DNA of 64,000 bases, from contig OZ254086.1 of NCBI GenBank assembly GCA_965267575.1, positions 544,001-608,000 on the forward strand. Reading direction: 5' to 3'. The stretch comes from Calditrichales bacterium (lineage in GTDB: Bacteria > Calditrichota > Calditrichia > Calditrichales > J004). The translations under genes and the position numbers were made by a program. How positions within the stretch are numbered: position 1 is the stretch's first letter; every line of letters starts with the position of its first letter. This document shows positions 19,240-30,264 of this stretch, in pieces. Below the pieces are notes generated by a model that saw nothing but the letters and a program-made list of their open reading frames with translations, was not told where the DNA came from and made no database searches.

Positions 19240-19902
19240 TCAGATCACAACTTCCAGGTCCAGAACAGTATCGTGATTCAGGTCCAGCTTGATCTCTTTG
19301 GGCACGTCCAGCTCAATATCGTTTATCAGGTTGAGCTGCACTTTGAAAGTTTTATTTTCCACATCCTTTTCAATCAACTTTCCGGAGCCATTAATCACGC
19401 CGCCTTTCTGACGATCATAGTAACTGATCAGAATAGCTTCGTTTAAATCCAGCGCATCGAGGATTTCCAGCAATTCGCCCTGGTTTTTTTGCTCAATGAT
19501 GCTTTCATCGATGTCTTCTTCAACGCTGGATACGTCACCCTCATTGTAATAAAAATCGATCACACCGCCGCCACCTTTTACATAAACCACTTTCTCGTCC
19601 ATATCCTCCTTGATGTCGCGTTCGAGATTGATCACACGGCCGGTAAAATATTCCTCCCGGATATCAACGATCTGCACGGTAATGGGTTTTGGCTCGGGCG
19701 TGCCGTCGTATTCCACACGGGTTATGTTAACTTTTTTTCCTTTTCCGATTTCCTTTACGCGATTGCGCAGGGCTTCCGGCGTTAGAGCGCCCGGCCGGAC
19801 GGTGCTTTTCTTTTTGGATTTAAAAAGATTTAAGAAGTGTCGTTTTAAGCGACTTTCCCCGGAGAGCGCAGCAGGCGCGTCAAAGTGGATAAATCGGTGC
19901 AT
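19240..19902 (-). CDS. Hypothetical protein, possibly tandem YolD/WYL-like domains
   Basis: GGAGG RBS; two helix-plus-beta repeats. Confidence 0.6.
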   Translation of the reverse strand: MHRFIHFDAPAALSGESRLKRHFLNLFKSKKKSTVRPGALTPEALRNRVKEIGKGKKVNITRVEYDGTPEPKPITVQIVDIREEYFTGRVINLERDIKEDMDEKVVYVKGGGGVIDFYYNEGDVSSVEEDIDESIIEQKNQGELLEILDALDLNEAILISYYDRQKGGVINGSGKLIEKDVENKTFKVQLNLINDIELDVPKEIKLDLNHDTVLDLEVVI

Positions 19903-19966
19903 ATTGTGGCCTCCAAATAATTTAGGGAATATTAGGTATCGTATTAAAAAAAATCAACTTAGCCGC

Positions 19967-21682
19967 TTATTTTGTTCGTCCGGCTTCTTTTAAAAGCTGT
20001 GATGCATTGGCCAGCGCCTGTTCGGTAATGTTCATGCCGCCAAGCAAATGGGCAATTTCAGAAATCTGTTCATCCAGGTTTAATGATGATATTTCGACAG
20101 TCGTCGCATTTTCATGAGCGGTTTTTGACACTTTATAATGGTGATCCGCAAAGGCGGCGATCTGCGGCAGGTGGGTTACGCAGATGAGCTGATGGAAGCG
20201 GGCCAGTTCGTTGATCTTTCGGCCCACGATTTGCGCCGTTTTGCCCGAGATGCCGCTGTCGATTTCATCAAACACAAGCACGGGAATGTGGTCTTTTTCG
20301 GCCAGGATAGTCTTCAGGGCCAGCATCAGCCGCGACAGCTCACCTCCGGAAGCAATTTTGTGAATGGGCTTTTCCCTTTCACCGGGATTCGCGCTGAACG
20401 AAAATTGAACGCGATCGAAACCGCTTTCGGCCGGCACGGCGTTTTTGCCCTTAAAGAAGAATGGTGAAGCCGCATCTTCATCAACGTTAAACTCCACCAC
20501 AAACCGTCCGTCCGCCATGCCTATTTCATGTATGATTTCATCGATCCGCGCACAAAACCGGTCCGCGGCTTCGCGTCTCTTGCTGTGCAGTGCTTCTCCC
20601 ATTTCCTGCAGGCGGGTCGTATGTTTCTTCTTTTCGGCGCGAATTTCCTCCAGGCGCCGGTCAAAATTTTCGATGTCATCAAGCTTCGCGGCAAGGTCTT
20701 CGCGCAACTGAAGCAAGCCGCTTATATTTTCCTGGCGGTATTTTTTCAGCAAAAACTCAAGCTGCGCGATACGCTGGCGCAAAAACTCGGCTCTTTCCGG
20801 GTCAAATTCCATACTGCCCAGGTAGCGCTCCGTCTCCCGCCCGATCTCTTCAATCGTGTCGCGCGCGGTAGCCATATTGCTTAGCATTTCCGCAAACTGC
20901 GGATCAAATCGGGCCATTTCCTGCAGTTGATCTTCCGCGCGGTTTACAAGTTCTGTAGCATTGGGCTCACCGGAATAGAGCAATTCGGTAATGGCCTGTG
21001 CCGCCTGATGTAATTTTTCATAATTATTTAATATCCTGGATTCGTCCTTTAGTTGTTCCAGCTCGTCTTCGCGTAATTCTGCTTTATCCAGCTCGCCAAT
21101 TTGAAAACTATACAGGTCTTTTTGCTGAAGCGCCTGGGACTGGCTGTTTTGCAATTCTCTTTCCCGTTGCAATAACGCTTTGTATTGCCGCCATTCATCA
21201 GCAAAGGCTGCGGTGGCTTTCTGTGTACCGGCAAAGGCATCCAGGTAGCGCAGGTGATTTTCCGGATGCAACAAAGCCTGGTGTTGATGCTGCCCGTGCA
21301 AATCAAAAAGCAGCGGGCTCAAATCATTGAGGTCATTCAGGGTTACGGGTGAATCGTTGATAAAAATGCGCGACGTGCCGCTTGCGGCAATTTCCTTGCG
21401 GATAATAAGGATGTTATCAGCGGATGGCTCAAAACGTTCTTTTACAAATGCGCTGATATCCGGACGTGCGCCAAGATCGAGATGTGCTTCAATGACAGCT
21501 TTCTGCGCCCCGTCGGCAATCCATTCCAGGCGGCTGCGCTCTCCGCACAGCTGGCTGATGGCGTTTACCAATATCGACTTGCCGGCGCCGCTTTCCCCGG
21601 TGATGATATTCAAACCGGGCTGAAAACGAATCTCGCTCTTCTCGATAAGCGCGAAGTTCTTAATAAGAAGATATGTGATCAT
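19967..21682 (-). CDS. recN: DNA repair protein RecN
   Basis: TGESGAGKS, HGQHQ, ASGGELSR, FDEIDSGISG, THLPQIA. Confidence 0.97.
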   Translation of the reverse strand: MITYLLIKNFALIEKSEIRFQPGLNIITGESGAGKSILVNAISQLCGERSRLEWIADGAQKAVIEAHLDLGARPDISAFVKERFEPSADNILIIRKEIAASGTSRIFINDSPVTLNDLNDLSPLLFDLHGQHQHQALLHPENHLRYLDAFAGTQKATAAFADEWRQYKALLQRERELQNSQSQALQQKDLYSFQIGELDKAELREDELEQLKDESRILNNYEKLHQAAQAITELLYSGEPNATELVNRAEDQLQEMARFDPQFAEMLSNMATARDTIEEIGRETERYLGSMEFDPERAEFLRQRIAQLEFLLKKYRQENISGLLQLREDLAAKLDDIENFDRRLEEIRAEKKKHTTRLQEMGEALHSKRREAADRFCARIDEIIHEIGMADGRFVVEFNVDEDAASPFFFKGKNAVPAESGFDRVQFSFSANPGEREKPIHKIASGGELSRLMLALKTILAEKDHIPVLVFDEIDSGISGKTAQIVGRKINELARFHQLICVTHLPQIAAFADHHYKVSKTAHENATTVEISSLNLDEQISEIAHLLGGMNITEQALANASQLLKEAGRTK

Positions 21683-21688
21683 AAAGGT

Positions 21689-24022
21689 TTATCGAATAAC
21701 AGCAAACTTTCCGGCTTTGGCTTTGCCTTCCTCGGTAAAGGCCATGAAAAGATATATGCCGGAAGCTACTTTGTTGCCCAGAAGGTCGCGGCCATCCCAC
21801 TGCGCGCGTGATCCGTCTACAGAACGGTTATCCACCGAAAGCTCACGCACGAGTGTGCCGTTGAGGTCAAATATCTTAACTGTGGAGTTATTCATCAAGT
21901 TGGTAATAGTAAAATTTGCGTTTTCATCCGCATAATAAGGATTCGGTCCAAAGCTCACAGAGGAAAAATCGGAACGTATTTCGGCAAAGGTGCCGCGAAA
22001 AACGGAGATTCCGCTTTCGGTTCCTATATAGGCAGCACCCTCATCGTTGTCCACAAAAACGCTGTGCACATTGTTATCCAGCAAACCGCTGTTGGTAGAA
22101 GTGTATCCAACCCAGCTGCCGGCTTCGAAGGCACTTAGACCGCCGCGTAAAATACTTACGCCGCCGGCAGTAGCAATCCATTTATTGTTAAAACGGTCCA
22201 CCACAATCTGGCTGATGCTGTTGCTAAGCGGACCATCCAAGCCGTTTTCATCACCGGCGTGGCGATAAAGGTTTTGACCGTCGAAAGAGTTGAGCCCGGC
22301 CGTTGTCCCGATCCACATGATGCCATCGTCATCATAGGCCAGACTGCGGATGGAGTTGCCGTAAAGATTGTCATTTATGTCGAGATTAAACACCTGATCA
22401 TCGCTTTTGTCGCTGAGCGTGTTGTTGTAATCAAGAATGTAAACCCCGTCGCGTTGCGTACCAATCCACACGCGGCCGAAGTCATCAATTTCAATACAGG
22501 AAAGCCCCTCATCCTCAGGAAGGCTTATGCCATCATTTCTGCCAAAATAGGTCCACGCGGACGGGTTTAGTTCAAGAAATCCGTCGTTGTTGTAAGGCGC
22601 AACCGCAATAAACTGACCGTTATTGGCGTAAGCATTCACAATCCACAATCGCCCGAAGTCATCTTCAGTCATCGCCGTAATGACTAGGTAGTCCAGAATA
22701 TTGTTTGGCGCCGGACTGAAATATCCGCGGAATTGAGGCTCAACCGGCTGCAATGTTTCAATCTTTGTTGTTGAATCGGTTATTATGAGCTGGCCGCTTT
22801 TGTCGTGATTATGCAAAAATTCGAAATCATTGTTTTTAAGGCCCATCAATCCACCACCCCAGGAGCCAAACCAAACTGTGCCAAAACGATCTTCATAAAT
22901 ATAATCTGTATTACCCAGGTTATTCCAACCCTCTCCGCCAAAATCATAATGGGTCCAGATATCGTTTTCTAACAAAAAGAAACCCAGGTTGGGAGTAAGT
23001 TTGTATTTGCCGCTGCTGGCCCAAAGGCGCCCTTTTGAATCTGTCAAAACAAAACGAACGGCATTTCGGGCAGGCCCCGGAAGTGCGTTAACGATTTCGT
23101 TTTCTGCGTCATATAGTCCCGTATTCGCCAAACCCAAATAGAGGCCTTCTTGCGTGGTTTGCGCTGCATTGATTATTGCCGGAGCCGAGTACACCTCTTC
23201 GTTCCCGTCAACCGGATCGTATAAACGGTAGGTTCTGCCAGAGACGATCACCAGACGCCCGTACCGCCGCCCCAAACCATTTATGGAATAGTTGCGGTAG
23301 CGGTCAATCTGCGTGACCTGGCCTGAGTTATCCAGCCTGAACAGACCATTGGCGTTAGCCATCCATAAGCTACCTGACATGACATAAAAGGCCCGTATTC
23401 CATTATTAAATTCGGGACGCTCGCTGTGTACTTTCCAGTTCTGCGGGTCTGTCAGGTTGAATCTTGTAAAATCGGCCTTTGCGGAAAAAAGCCCCACCTC
23501 AGTAGCAAGCCACAATCTCCCGTTAAAGAGGGCAATGTCATTCAGCGTATTAAAAAGTTCCGGAAAATTAATGAGATAGTCGTTGAAGGAATACTCTTGG
23601 TCACGCCTGAGAAAAACACCGACGCCACTTCCTGCCGAAACGTAAAGCGAGTCACCGCTGGTAATAATTTTTCCGATCGTCAGGCCATCGAAGTCGTAGA
23701 GGGTTTGCCACGCATCTAGCTGAGGGGCATACAACTGCAAAAAACCTTCCGAGCTGCCTACGATCACCTCGCCGAAGGAAGAAACCGTAACAGAGGTCAA
23801 GTCCACGGAAAGCAATCCGTTCAGGTTGTCAAAGCGCTTTTTCACACCATCATCAGGATCGTATTGAAACAGACCGCCATCGCTGGCAACCCAAATCGTG
23901 CCATCGCTTTCAACCATATCGGTAATGTTATTCAGGCTTGTAATGGACTGCCAGTCAGGATTTTGGGCAAACAGACCCGCAGTCATCAGGAAGGATGCAA
24001 TCAGCAAAAATTTTTTGTACAT
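21689..24022 (-). CDS. PorZ-like double beta-propeller with C-terminal Ig/FlgD-like domain
   Basis: Reg_prop-like repeats (D..GR.W.GT); C-terminal PNP...ASGIYL...GKFAVIR. Confidence 0.75.
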   Translation of the reverse strand: MYKKFLLIASFLMTAGLFAQNPDWQSITSLNNITDMVESDGTIWVASDGGLFQYDPDDGVKKRFDNLNGLLSVDLTSVTVSSFGEVIVGSSEGFLQLYAPQLDAWQTLYDFDGLTIGKIITSGDSLYVSAGSGVGVFLRRDQEYSFNDYLINFPELFNTLNDIALFNGRLWLATEVGLFSAKADFTRFNLTDPQNWKVHSERPEFNNGIRAFYVMSGSLWMANANGLFRLDNSGQVTQIDRYRNYSINGLGRRYGRLVIVSGRTYRLYDPVDGNEEVYSAPAIINAAQTTQEGLYLGLANTGLYDAENEIVNALPGPARNAVRFVLTDSKGRLWASSGKYKLTPNLGFFLLENDIWTHYDFGGEGWNNLGNTDYIYEDRFGTVWFGSWGGGLMGLKNNDFEFLHNHDKSGQLIITDSTTKIETLQPVEPQFRGYFSPAPNNILDYLVITAMTEDDFGRLWIVNAYANNGQFIAVAPYNNDGFLELNPSAWTYFGRNDGISLPEDEGLSCIEIDDFGRVWIGTQRDGVYILDYNNTLSDKSDDQVFNLDINDNLYGNSIRSLAYDDDGIMWIGTTAGLNSFDGQNLYRHAGDENGLDGPLSNSISQIVVDRFNNKWIATAGGVSILRGGLSAFEAGSWVGYTSTNSGLLDNNVHSVFVDNDEGAAYIGTESGISVFRGTFAEIRSDFSSVSFGPNPYYADENANFTITNLMNNSTVKIFDLNGTLVRELSVDNRSVDGSRAQWDGRDLLGNKVASGIYLFMAFTEEGKAKAGKFAVIR

Positions 24023-24028
24023 AAACCG

Positions 24029-24493
24029 TTAGATTTTATCCAGTAAATGGGCCATTTCCATTGCACTTAACGCCGCATCCCAGCCCTTGTTTCCGGCCTT
24101 TGTGCCGGCGCGCTCCAAAGCCTGTTCGATTGTGTCCGTCGTAAGCACACCAAATATGACCGGCACATCGGAGTCCGTGGATAAATGCCCGATTCCACGG
24201 GCCGCTTGTCCGGCAACGTAATCAAAATGCGATGTGGCGCCACGGATAACACAACCCAGGCAGATAACGGCATCATACTTTTTTGATTGTACCAGGGCGC
24301 GCGCTACCTGCGACAACTCAAAGGCACCGGGACACCAGGCTACAGTCACATCATCCTCTTTGCCTTCATGGCGCACAATACAGTCCAGCGCTCCCTGCAA
24401 CAGTTTGGATGTAATTAAATCGTTAAAACGACTCACTACAATGGCAAATTTTTTCCCTTTTGCAGAAAAATGCCCTTCGATAATTTTAGCCAC
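24029..24493 (-). CDS. ribH: 6,7-dimethyl-8-ribityllumazine synthase
   Basis: [27 protein letters not shown]. Confidence 0.97.
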   Translation of the reverse strand: MAKIIEGHFSAKGKKFAIVVSRFNDLITSKLLQGALDCIVRHEGKEDDVTVAWCPGAFELSQVARALVQSKKYDAVICLGCVIRGATSHFDYVAGQAARGIGHLSTDSDVPVIFGVLTTDTIEQALERAGTKAGNKGWDAALSAMEMAHLLDKI

Positions 24494-24504
24494 TTTTTTC
24501 TCCG

Positions 24505-25737
24505 TTAATCTTTTGTTTTGCCGAACAAATGGCCCATCTTTTCGGCCTTGGTTTGCAAATATCGCAGATTATTTTCATTGGGACAAATTTCAATCGGCAC
24601 ACGCTCAACCACTTCCAGGCCATAGCCCTTCAATCCCACTATTTTTTTTGGATTGTTGGTCATTAGTCGCAATTTTTTAACACCGACATCACTGAGTATT
24701 TGCGCACCGATGCCGTAATCGCGCAGGTCCGGCTTAAAGCCCAGAATTTCATTGGCCTCCACTGTATCTTTGCCTTTCTCCTGCAGCGAATAGGCCAGCA
24801 GCTTGTTAACCAGCCCAATGCCGCGACCCTCCTGGCGCATATACAGGATGACACCTTTGCCCACTTTTTCGATCATCTGCATGGCTGTAGCCAGCTGTTC
24901 GCCGCAATCGCAGCGCAAAGAGCCAAACACATCGCCGGTCAGACATTCCGAATGCACGCGCACAAGTGTCGGCTCATCGGAATGGATTTCGCCTTTTACG
25001 AGCGCCACATGGTGTTCCAGCGGATTAACCTTGCTTTCGTAACTGTAGAGCTTGAAATCACCATAACGGGTGGGCATATCCACAACCACCTTGCGTGTAA
25101 CCAGCTTTTCCCGATGGCGGCGGTAAGCAATCAGATCGGCAATAGTAATCAACTTAAGATCATGCTTTTTGCAGAAATTGGAGAGCTGTTCCACGCGGGC
25201 CATGCTGCCGTCTTCGGACATGATCTCACACAGAACGCCACTGGCCTGCAAACCGGCCAGTCTTGCCAGGTCCACAGCCGCTTCGGTGTGGCCGGCCCGA
25301 CGCAGCACGCCTCCACGCCGCGCTACCAGCGGAAAAATGTGTCCCGGGCGCGCCAGATCTTCAGGGCGCGTTGCCGGATCTACCATGGACTGAATGGTGC
25401 TGGCACGGTCATGCGCGGAGATGCCCGTCGTTGTACCATATTTGTAATCCACCGTTACCGTAAACGGCGTTTGGTGCAAAGCGGTATTCTGGCTAACCAT
25501 AAAATCCAGCTCCAGCTCGTGGGCGCGTTCCTCGGTAATGGCCACACAAAGCATACCCCGTGCTTCGCGCGTGATAAAATTGACATCCTGCGGTTTCACC
25601 ATCTCCGAGGCCATGATCAGATCGCCTTCGTTTTCGCGATCGGCATCATCCACAACCACAACCATTTTGCCATTGCGGATCTCTTCCAGCGCTTCGGCTA
25701 TCGTGGCAAATTTTCTGCTGTCCGCTTTTTCAACCAT
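24505..25737 (-). CDS. ribBA: DHBP synthase / GTP cyclohydrolase II
   Basis: [36 protein letters not shown]. Confidence 0.97.
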   Translation of the reverse strand: MVEKADSRKFATIAEALEEIRNGKMVVVVDDADRENEGDLIMASEMVKPQDVNFITREARGMLCVAITEERAHELELDFMVSQNTALHQTPFTVTVDYKYGTTTGISAHDRASTIQSMVDPATRPEDLARPGHIFPLVARRGGVLRRAGHTEAAVDLARLAGLQASGVLCEIMSEDGSMARVEQLSNFCKKHDLKLITIADLIAYRRHREKLVTRKVVVDMPTRYGDFKLYSYESKVNPLEHHVALVKGEIHSDEPTLVRVHSECLTGDVFGSLRCDCGEQLATAMQMIEKVGKGVILYMRQEGRGIGLVNKLLAYSLQEKGKDTVEANEILGFKPDLRDYGIGAQILSDVGVKKLRLMTNNPKKIVGLKGYGLEVVERVPIEICPNENNLRYLQTKAEKMGHLFGKTKD

Positions 25738-26381
25738 TATTCAAATCCCATTTGCTTTATTTTTTCCATAGAGAGTGGTGAACCCTGCCCGCCATAGGCG
25801 CTTAACATTTTAGACACGTACTTGGCAATCAGGTCCACCTCTACATTCATCAAATCGCCTATCCGCAAAGAAGCCAGATTAGTGTTTTTCCACGTATGCG
25901 GAATGATGTTGATCCCGACATCGCTGCCGTGGAGGCGGGCGATGGTCAGGCTGATACCATCCAGCGCAATCGAACCTTCACCAATTAAGAAAGGTTGCAG
26001 GGCATCGGGCACTTTTACGTCCAGCGCCCAGTTTTCGCCAAGCTGCTCTATGCGTGTGATCGGGGCCGTGGTACTTACGTGTCCCTGAACAAGGTGACCA
26101 CCCAGGCGATCCTGCAGACGCATGGCACGCTCCAGGTTGACCGGGCTGCCTTCTTTTTTCTGACCAATGCTGCTTTTCTGCAACGTTTCCGCTACCGCGT
26201 CCACCCAGAAACCGGCGGATTCCACCTTCGTGGCGGTAAGGCACACGCCGTTTACGGCAACACTGTCATCAACGGTAAGATCATCGGTGATCGTTTTGCA
26301 GGAGATAAAAATACGCTTACCCCCGGCAATCGGATTGATCCGGGTTATTTTTCCTACTTCTTCAATAAGTCCTGTAAACAT
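25737..26381 (-). CDS. ribE: Riboflavin synthase
   Basis: [22 protein letters not shown]. Confidence 0.96.
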   Translation of the reverse strand: MFTGLIEEVGKITRINPIAGGKRIFISCKTITDDLTVDDSVAVNGVCLTATKVESAGFWVDAVAETLQKSSIGQKKEGSPVNLERAMRLQDRLGGHLVQGHVSTTAPITRIEQLGENWALDVKVPDALQPFLIGEGSIALDGISLTIARLHGSDVGINIIPHTWKNTNLASLRIGDLMNVEVDLIAKYVSKMLSAYGGQGSPLSMEKIKQMGFE

Positions 26382-26422
26382 ACGCTAATCTACAAATTAA
26401 AAATGACGATTTCTGCCCGTTT

Positions 26423-27517
26423 TTATGCTTTTTTCGGATAATATCGTAACCAGATGTCTTCACCGCAAAGACACTGCTCCTGCAGATGGAGAATTTTGCG
26501 CTCAGCCGGCGGCCATGTGGACAGCCCTTTTCCCATAAGCCGCGGCGCCATAAAAACGTCAAGAGAGTTAAAACAGTCACCACTCAGAAAAGAGCCAAAC
26601 ACCTTTGCTCCTCCTTCAACAAGGACGGAATTTATATTATTTTGCGCCAGCAGGCTCAGGGCGGCAGCCAGATCAACGCGTCCCGATTTCTCGGCTTCTG
26701 TCTCCAGGCACCTTACACCGGCGTGTTCAAATGTTCGTATTTTGTTTTTATCGGCAAGCGCGCCATGCATAATCCAGGTTTCTCCGGGCAGCTCGCCGCT
26801 AAAAATGCGTGATCGCGGATTGCTGCTAAGCTCACTGTCCAGAACGATGCGCAAAGGTGAACGGCCGGGAAACGCGCGCACCGTCAATTGCGGGTTGTCG
26901 GCATTTACCGTGCCCCGCCCTACCAAAACAGCCATGTGCTCCAGCCGTAATCTCTGCACCTGCTCGCGCGCTGCTGCACCGGTGATGACCGTCGGGCGGT
27001 CCGGCATCTCGCTGATTTTCCCATCCAGCGTAAGGGCAATTTTCAGCGTCACCCACGGTGATCGCTTTTCCATCCAGTGAAAAAAGAAACGGTTCAGCTT
27101 GCGGCCTTCTTCACTAAGCACGTTCGCCACAACCTCAATGCCCGCTTTGCGCATTTCCCCGATCGATTTGCCGGCCACCGCCGGATTTGGGTCGCTGTTG
27201 GATAAAACCACGCGCCGTATTGGGCTTTGCAGCACAAGCGGCAGACAGGGAGGTGTCTTTTTGTTACGGTGGCAGCAGGGTTCCAGGTTACAGTAAAGGG
27301 TGGCGCCCGTAAGGTTAACATTTTTTTCCGCGGCCAAACGGAAAGCGTTGGCCTCGGCATGGGCCTCTCCATAGCTTTCATGCCAGCCCTCCGCCAATAT
27401 TTCATCGCCGCGGGCTATAACACAGCCGACAAGGGGATTGGGATCCACGCGACCGATGCCCTGCCTGGCCAGCTCGAAACAGCGCCGCATAAAGCGCTCA
27501 TCCCGCGACCGGCTCAT
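26423..27517 (-). CDS. ribD: Riboflavin biosynthesis deaminase/reductase
   Basis: PNPLVG, HAE, LEPCCH..TPPC, VLVEGG. Confidence 0.96.
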   Translation of the reverse strand: MSRSRDERFMRRCFELARQGIGRVDPNPLVGCVIARGDEILAEGWHESYGEAHAEANAFRLAAEKNVNLTGATLYCNLEPCCHRNKKTPPCLPLVLQSPIRRVVLSNSDPNPAVAGKSIGEMRKAGIEVVANVLSEEGRKLNRFFFHWMEKRSPWVTLKIALTLDGKISEMPDRPTVITGAAAREQVQRLRLEHMAVLVGRGTVNADNPQLTVRAFPGRSPLRIVLDSELSSNPRSRIFSGELPGETWIMHGALADKNKIRTFEHAGVRCLETEAEKSGRVDLAAALSLLAQNNINSVLVEGGAKVFGSFLSGDCFNSLDVFMAPRLMGKGLSTWPPAERKILHLQEQCLCGEDIWLRYYPKKA

Positions 27518-28197
27518 TGTTCTACCTTTTCCGCATCCGGCACGAAAATGCGATCCAAACCGAAAATAAGCGACAAAAAGTTGCTGAGCAGAAAGCCGGT
27601 TACCCCCCAGATGATGTCATCGTTAAAATAATAATAGTGTATTTTCCAGCGGTAGCCGTGGCGCGTAAGCTGTTGGATACGGAAGGAGTCTTCGCGCAAA
27701 AGATGCAGGAGCGGCACTTCTATCAAGCGCTCGATTTCCGCTTCGTTAACGACGTAGGGGAAAGGATGCTCAAAAAGGCCCACGTAGGGTGTAACCAGAA
27801 AATGGGTATTGGTAAGGTAGGTGTCGGTTTCGCCCAGGATGTGCAGTTTTCTGATTCCGACTTCTTCCTCTGTTTCGCGTAATGCGGTGTGCAAGAGGTT
27901 TTCGTCTTCTGGATCGCGCCTGCCCCCGGGAAAAGAGATCTGCCCTTTGTGCGTGCCCACGCTGTCCGTGCGTTTTGTAAAAAGCAGGTGTGCCTCTCCT
28001 TCTTTAAAAAAAAGCGGGATCAGAACCGCGGCGGGCGTACCGCGCACTTCGCGAAAAACATATTTTTGCGGATTGTGGTCGTTGAGAGTGGAAGTGATAT
28101 GTTGAATGAGTTGGTCGCGGTTACGGCAGAGGGTTTCCCAATGCTTTATATCATTTTCACCATTAGCTGAATTCTTCATCTCGGATGTCATAGTCAT
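27514..28197 (-). CDS. Nudix CoA pyrophosphatase (start uncertain)
   Basis: AAVL, HKGQISFPGG, ALRETEEEVG, IWGVT. Confidence 0.9.
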   Translation of the reverse strand: MTMTSEMKNSANGENDIKHWETLCRNRDQLIQHITSTLNDHNPQKYVFREVRGTPAAVLIPLFFKEGEAHLLFTKRTDSVGTHKGQISFPGGRRDPEDENLLHTALRETEEEVGIRKLHILGETDTYLTNTHFLVTPYVGLFEHPFPYVVNEAEIERLIEVPLLHLLREDSFRIQQLTRHGYRWKIHYYYFNDDIIWGVTGFLLSNFLSLIFGLDRIFVPDAEKVEQ

Positions 28198-29515
28198 CGA
28201 TCTTATTGTACAGCGAGCGCCTTGAGATACCGAGCATTTCGGCGGCGCGTAGTTTGTTGCCCTTGGCCATGCGCAGCGTTTTGATGATGGACTCGCGCTC
28301 GATTTCCGGTAAAGGCGTTCCGGCCGGAAAACGTATTTCGTGGCCGGGCAGCATCCCCTTGTGCAGCGTTTCGGGTAAATTCTTTTTCTGGATTGTCTCC
28401 CTGGCCGAGATCATGGAACGCAAAACGGCGTTACGTAATTCTCGAATGTTGCCGGGCCATGGAAACTCCTGCAAAACCTGCATCGCATCATCACTGAAAT
28501 TGCGCACATTCTTGCCATACTGGCGGTTAAAGCGGTCGAGGAAATAATTGGCGATTAGCGGGATGTCTTCTTTTCGTTCGTTCAGCGGCGGCAGTTCGAT
28601 GCTGTAGACATTAAGCCTGTAATAAAGGTCTTCGCGGAATTTTCCGGCCGTGATCATATCCTGCATGTTTTCGTTGGTGGCCGTCAGCACGCGCACATCC
28701 ACCTTTATTTCACTGCCGCCCCCTACGCGCTGGATGGTGTTTGTTTCCAAAACACGCAGCAGAGCAATCTGCACCTGCTCGCTCATCGAGCTGATTTCGT
28801 CAAGGAACAGCGTACCGCCGTCGGCTTCTTCAAATTTGCCTTTTTTGCGTTCTACGGCCCCGGTAAAGGCGCCCTTCTCATGCCCGAACAGCTCGGAGCT
28901 GATAAGGTCTTTGGGTATGGCCCCGGTGTTTACAGCAACAAAACCGTTTTCCTTCCGGCCGGAGGCGTGGTGAATAGCCCGCGCCACTAACTCTTTGCCC
29001 GTGCCGCTGGCGCCGTAGATCAGAACCGGCACATCAATTTTTGCGATCTCGTTAATTTTCTTTACCACGTTGCGGATAGGACGCGACTTGCCCACGATCT
29101 CATCAAAATGGACATAACGGCCGGGCACGGCAGCCATTTCTGCGTTGGCCGAGGGGCGATCGAGCACGCGGGCGATTATTTCTTTAAGCTTTACGGGGTC
29201 CACCGGCTTGGGCACATAGTCCACAGCGCCAAGGTGCACCGCTTCCACGGCGTGCTCAATGGAGCTGAAGCCGGTTACCATGATAACTTTCAGAAGCGGA
29301 TCGAAGTCATTGATCATTTTCAACAACTCCATGCCATCCACTTCCTGCATTTTAAAATCGGTAATAATCAGATCGTAATTATGCTGGCGGATCATTTCCA
29401 TGGCGGGCATGGCGGCCTCGGCTTCATCCACGTTGTAGCCGTGGGCCTGCAGCAGAAGCACCATCCCTTCACGGTGCGAGCGGTCATCATCAATTACAAG
29501 AATTCGTGCTTTCAT
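28163..29515 (-). CDS. Sigma-54-dependent response regulator (NtrC/AtoC family)
   Basis: REC domain; GTGKE; GAFTGA; WPGNIREL; Fis-type HTH. Confidence 0.95.
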   Translation of the reverse strand: MKARILVIDDDRSHREGMVLLLQAHGYNVDEAEAAMPAMEMIRQHNYDLIITDFKMQEVDGMELLKMINDFDPLLKVIMVTGFSSIEHAVEAVHLGAVDYVPKPVDPVKLKEIIARVLDRPSANAEMAAVPGRYVHFDEIVGKSRPIRNVVKKINEIAKIDVPVLIYGASGTGKELVARAIHHASGRKENGFVAVNTGAIPKDLISSELFGHEKGAFTGAVERKKGKFEEADGGTLFLDEISSMSEQVQIALLRVLETNTIQRVGGGSEIKVDVRVLTATNENMQDMITAGKFREDLYYRLNVYSIELPPLNERKEDIPLIANYFLDRFNRQYGKNVRNFSDDAMQVLQEFPWPGNIRELRNAVLRSMISARETIQKKNLPETLHKGMLPGHEIRFPAGTPLPEIERESIIKTLRMAKGNKLRAAEMLGISRRSLYNKIDDYDIRDEEFS

Positions 29516-29621
29516 AAAATTTGTGTTTTTTCTCCCTGATGCGTTTTCGGCGCAAAAGCCTTTAAGTTAAATGCAAATAATGTGTTAAGTAAAGGCCGGC
29601 CCGGCTGGCAAAGCACCAATA

Positions 29622-30263
29622 TTAAGCGCGCCGGATGCGGTAAATGGTGACCCGTATCTCATGTCCGTCCTGCAAAACATGTATGTCGTTGCTGCGATAG
29701 CAAAATCCGCTCAGGCTTAATTTGCCAAAAAAGCTCCGCGCAACCGTGCGGTTGGGTTCAGCCAGCAATACTTCCCCACCTTCACTGAGGTGGCGCCGGA
29801 AAAGATCAACAAGCGGCTCAAAAAAGCGCTGCTCATAGGCCACGTCGCTGGCCACGATAAGCGGGAAGCGGCGTTCCAGCTCAGGCAGGCGCCAATCCAG
29901 CAGGCGCAGCTCCGGCACGGGCAATTTGTTATGTTCAAAATTACGCGCCGTTACATCCAGGGCTGCTTGCTCGTAATCGGTTGCAATTACAGAAGAGGGA
30001 TTGCAGCGTGCCAGCGCCATCGTGGTGAGGCCGAGGCCGCACCCCAGTTCCAATACATCGCGGCCGTTGATGAGCTGCGGATTTTGCAAAACAAAAAGGC
30101 TCATGGCCCGTGCGCAGGGCCACAGCTCCGCCCAGTATGGCAGGCGCTCGTCCTCGTTAAACAGGTCATCGCTAACCTCGTCAACCAGTTCGTCCAGGTT
30201 TTTGGCGCGCTCAACGCGAAAATGACGCCCGCCAATATCCACGGTATCAATGTATGACTTCAC
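29622..30263 (-). CDS. SAM-dependent methyltransferase (METTL21/family-16-like)
   Basis: PYWAELWP, LELGCGLG, ASDVAYE. Confidence 0.88.
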   Translation of the reverse strand: MKSYIDTVDIGGRHFRVERAKNLDELVDEVSDDLFNEDERLPYWAELWPCARAMSLFVLQNPQLINGRDVLELGCGLGLTTMALARCNPSSVIATDYEQAALDVTARNFEHNKLPVPELRLLDWRLPELERRFPLIVASDVAYEQRFFEPLVDLFRRHLSEGGEVLLAEPNRTVARSFFGKLSLSGFCYRSNDIHVLQDGHEIRVTIYRIRRA

Positions 30264-30264
30264 A

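Noticed and set aside
24700-25797. 365-aa plus-strand ORF (likewise 14314..15261, 32652..33662, 61554..62552)
   Set aside because: Antisense to well-supported genes; a codon-bias artefact.
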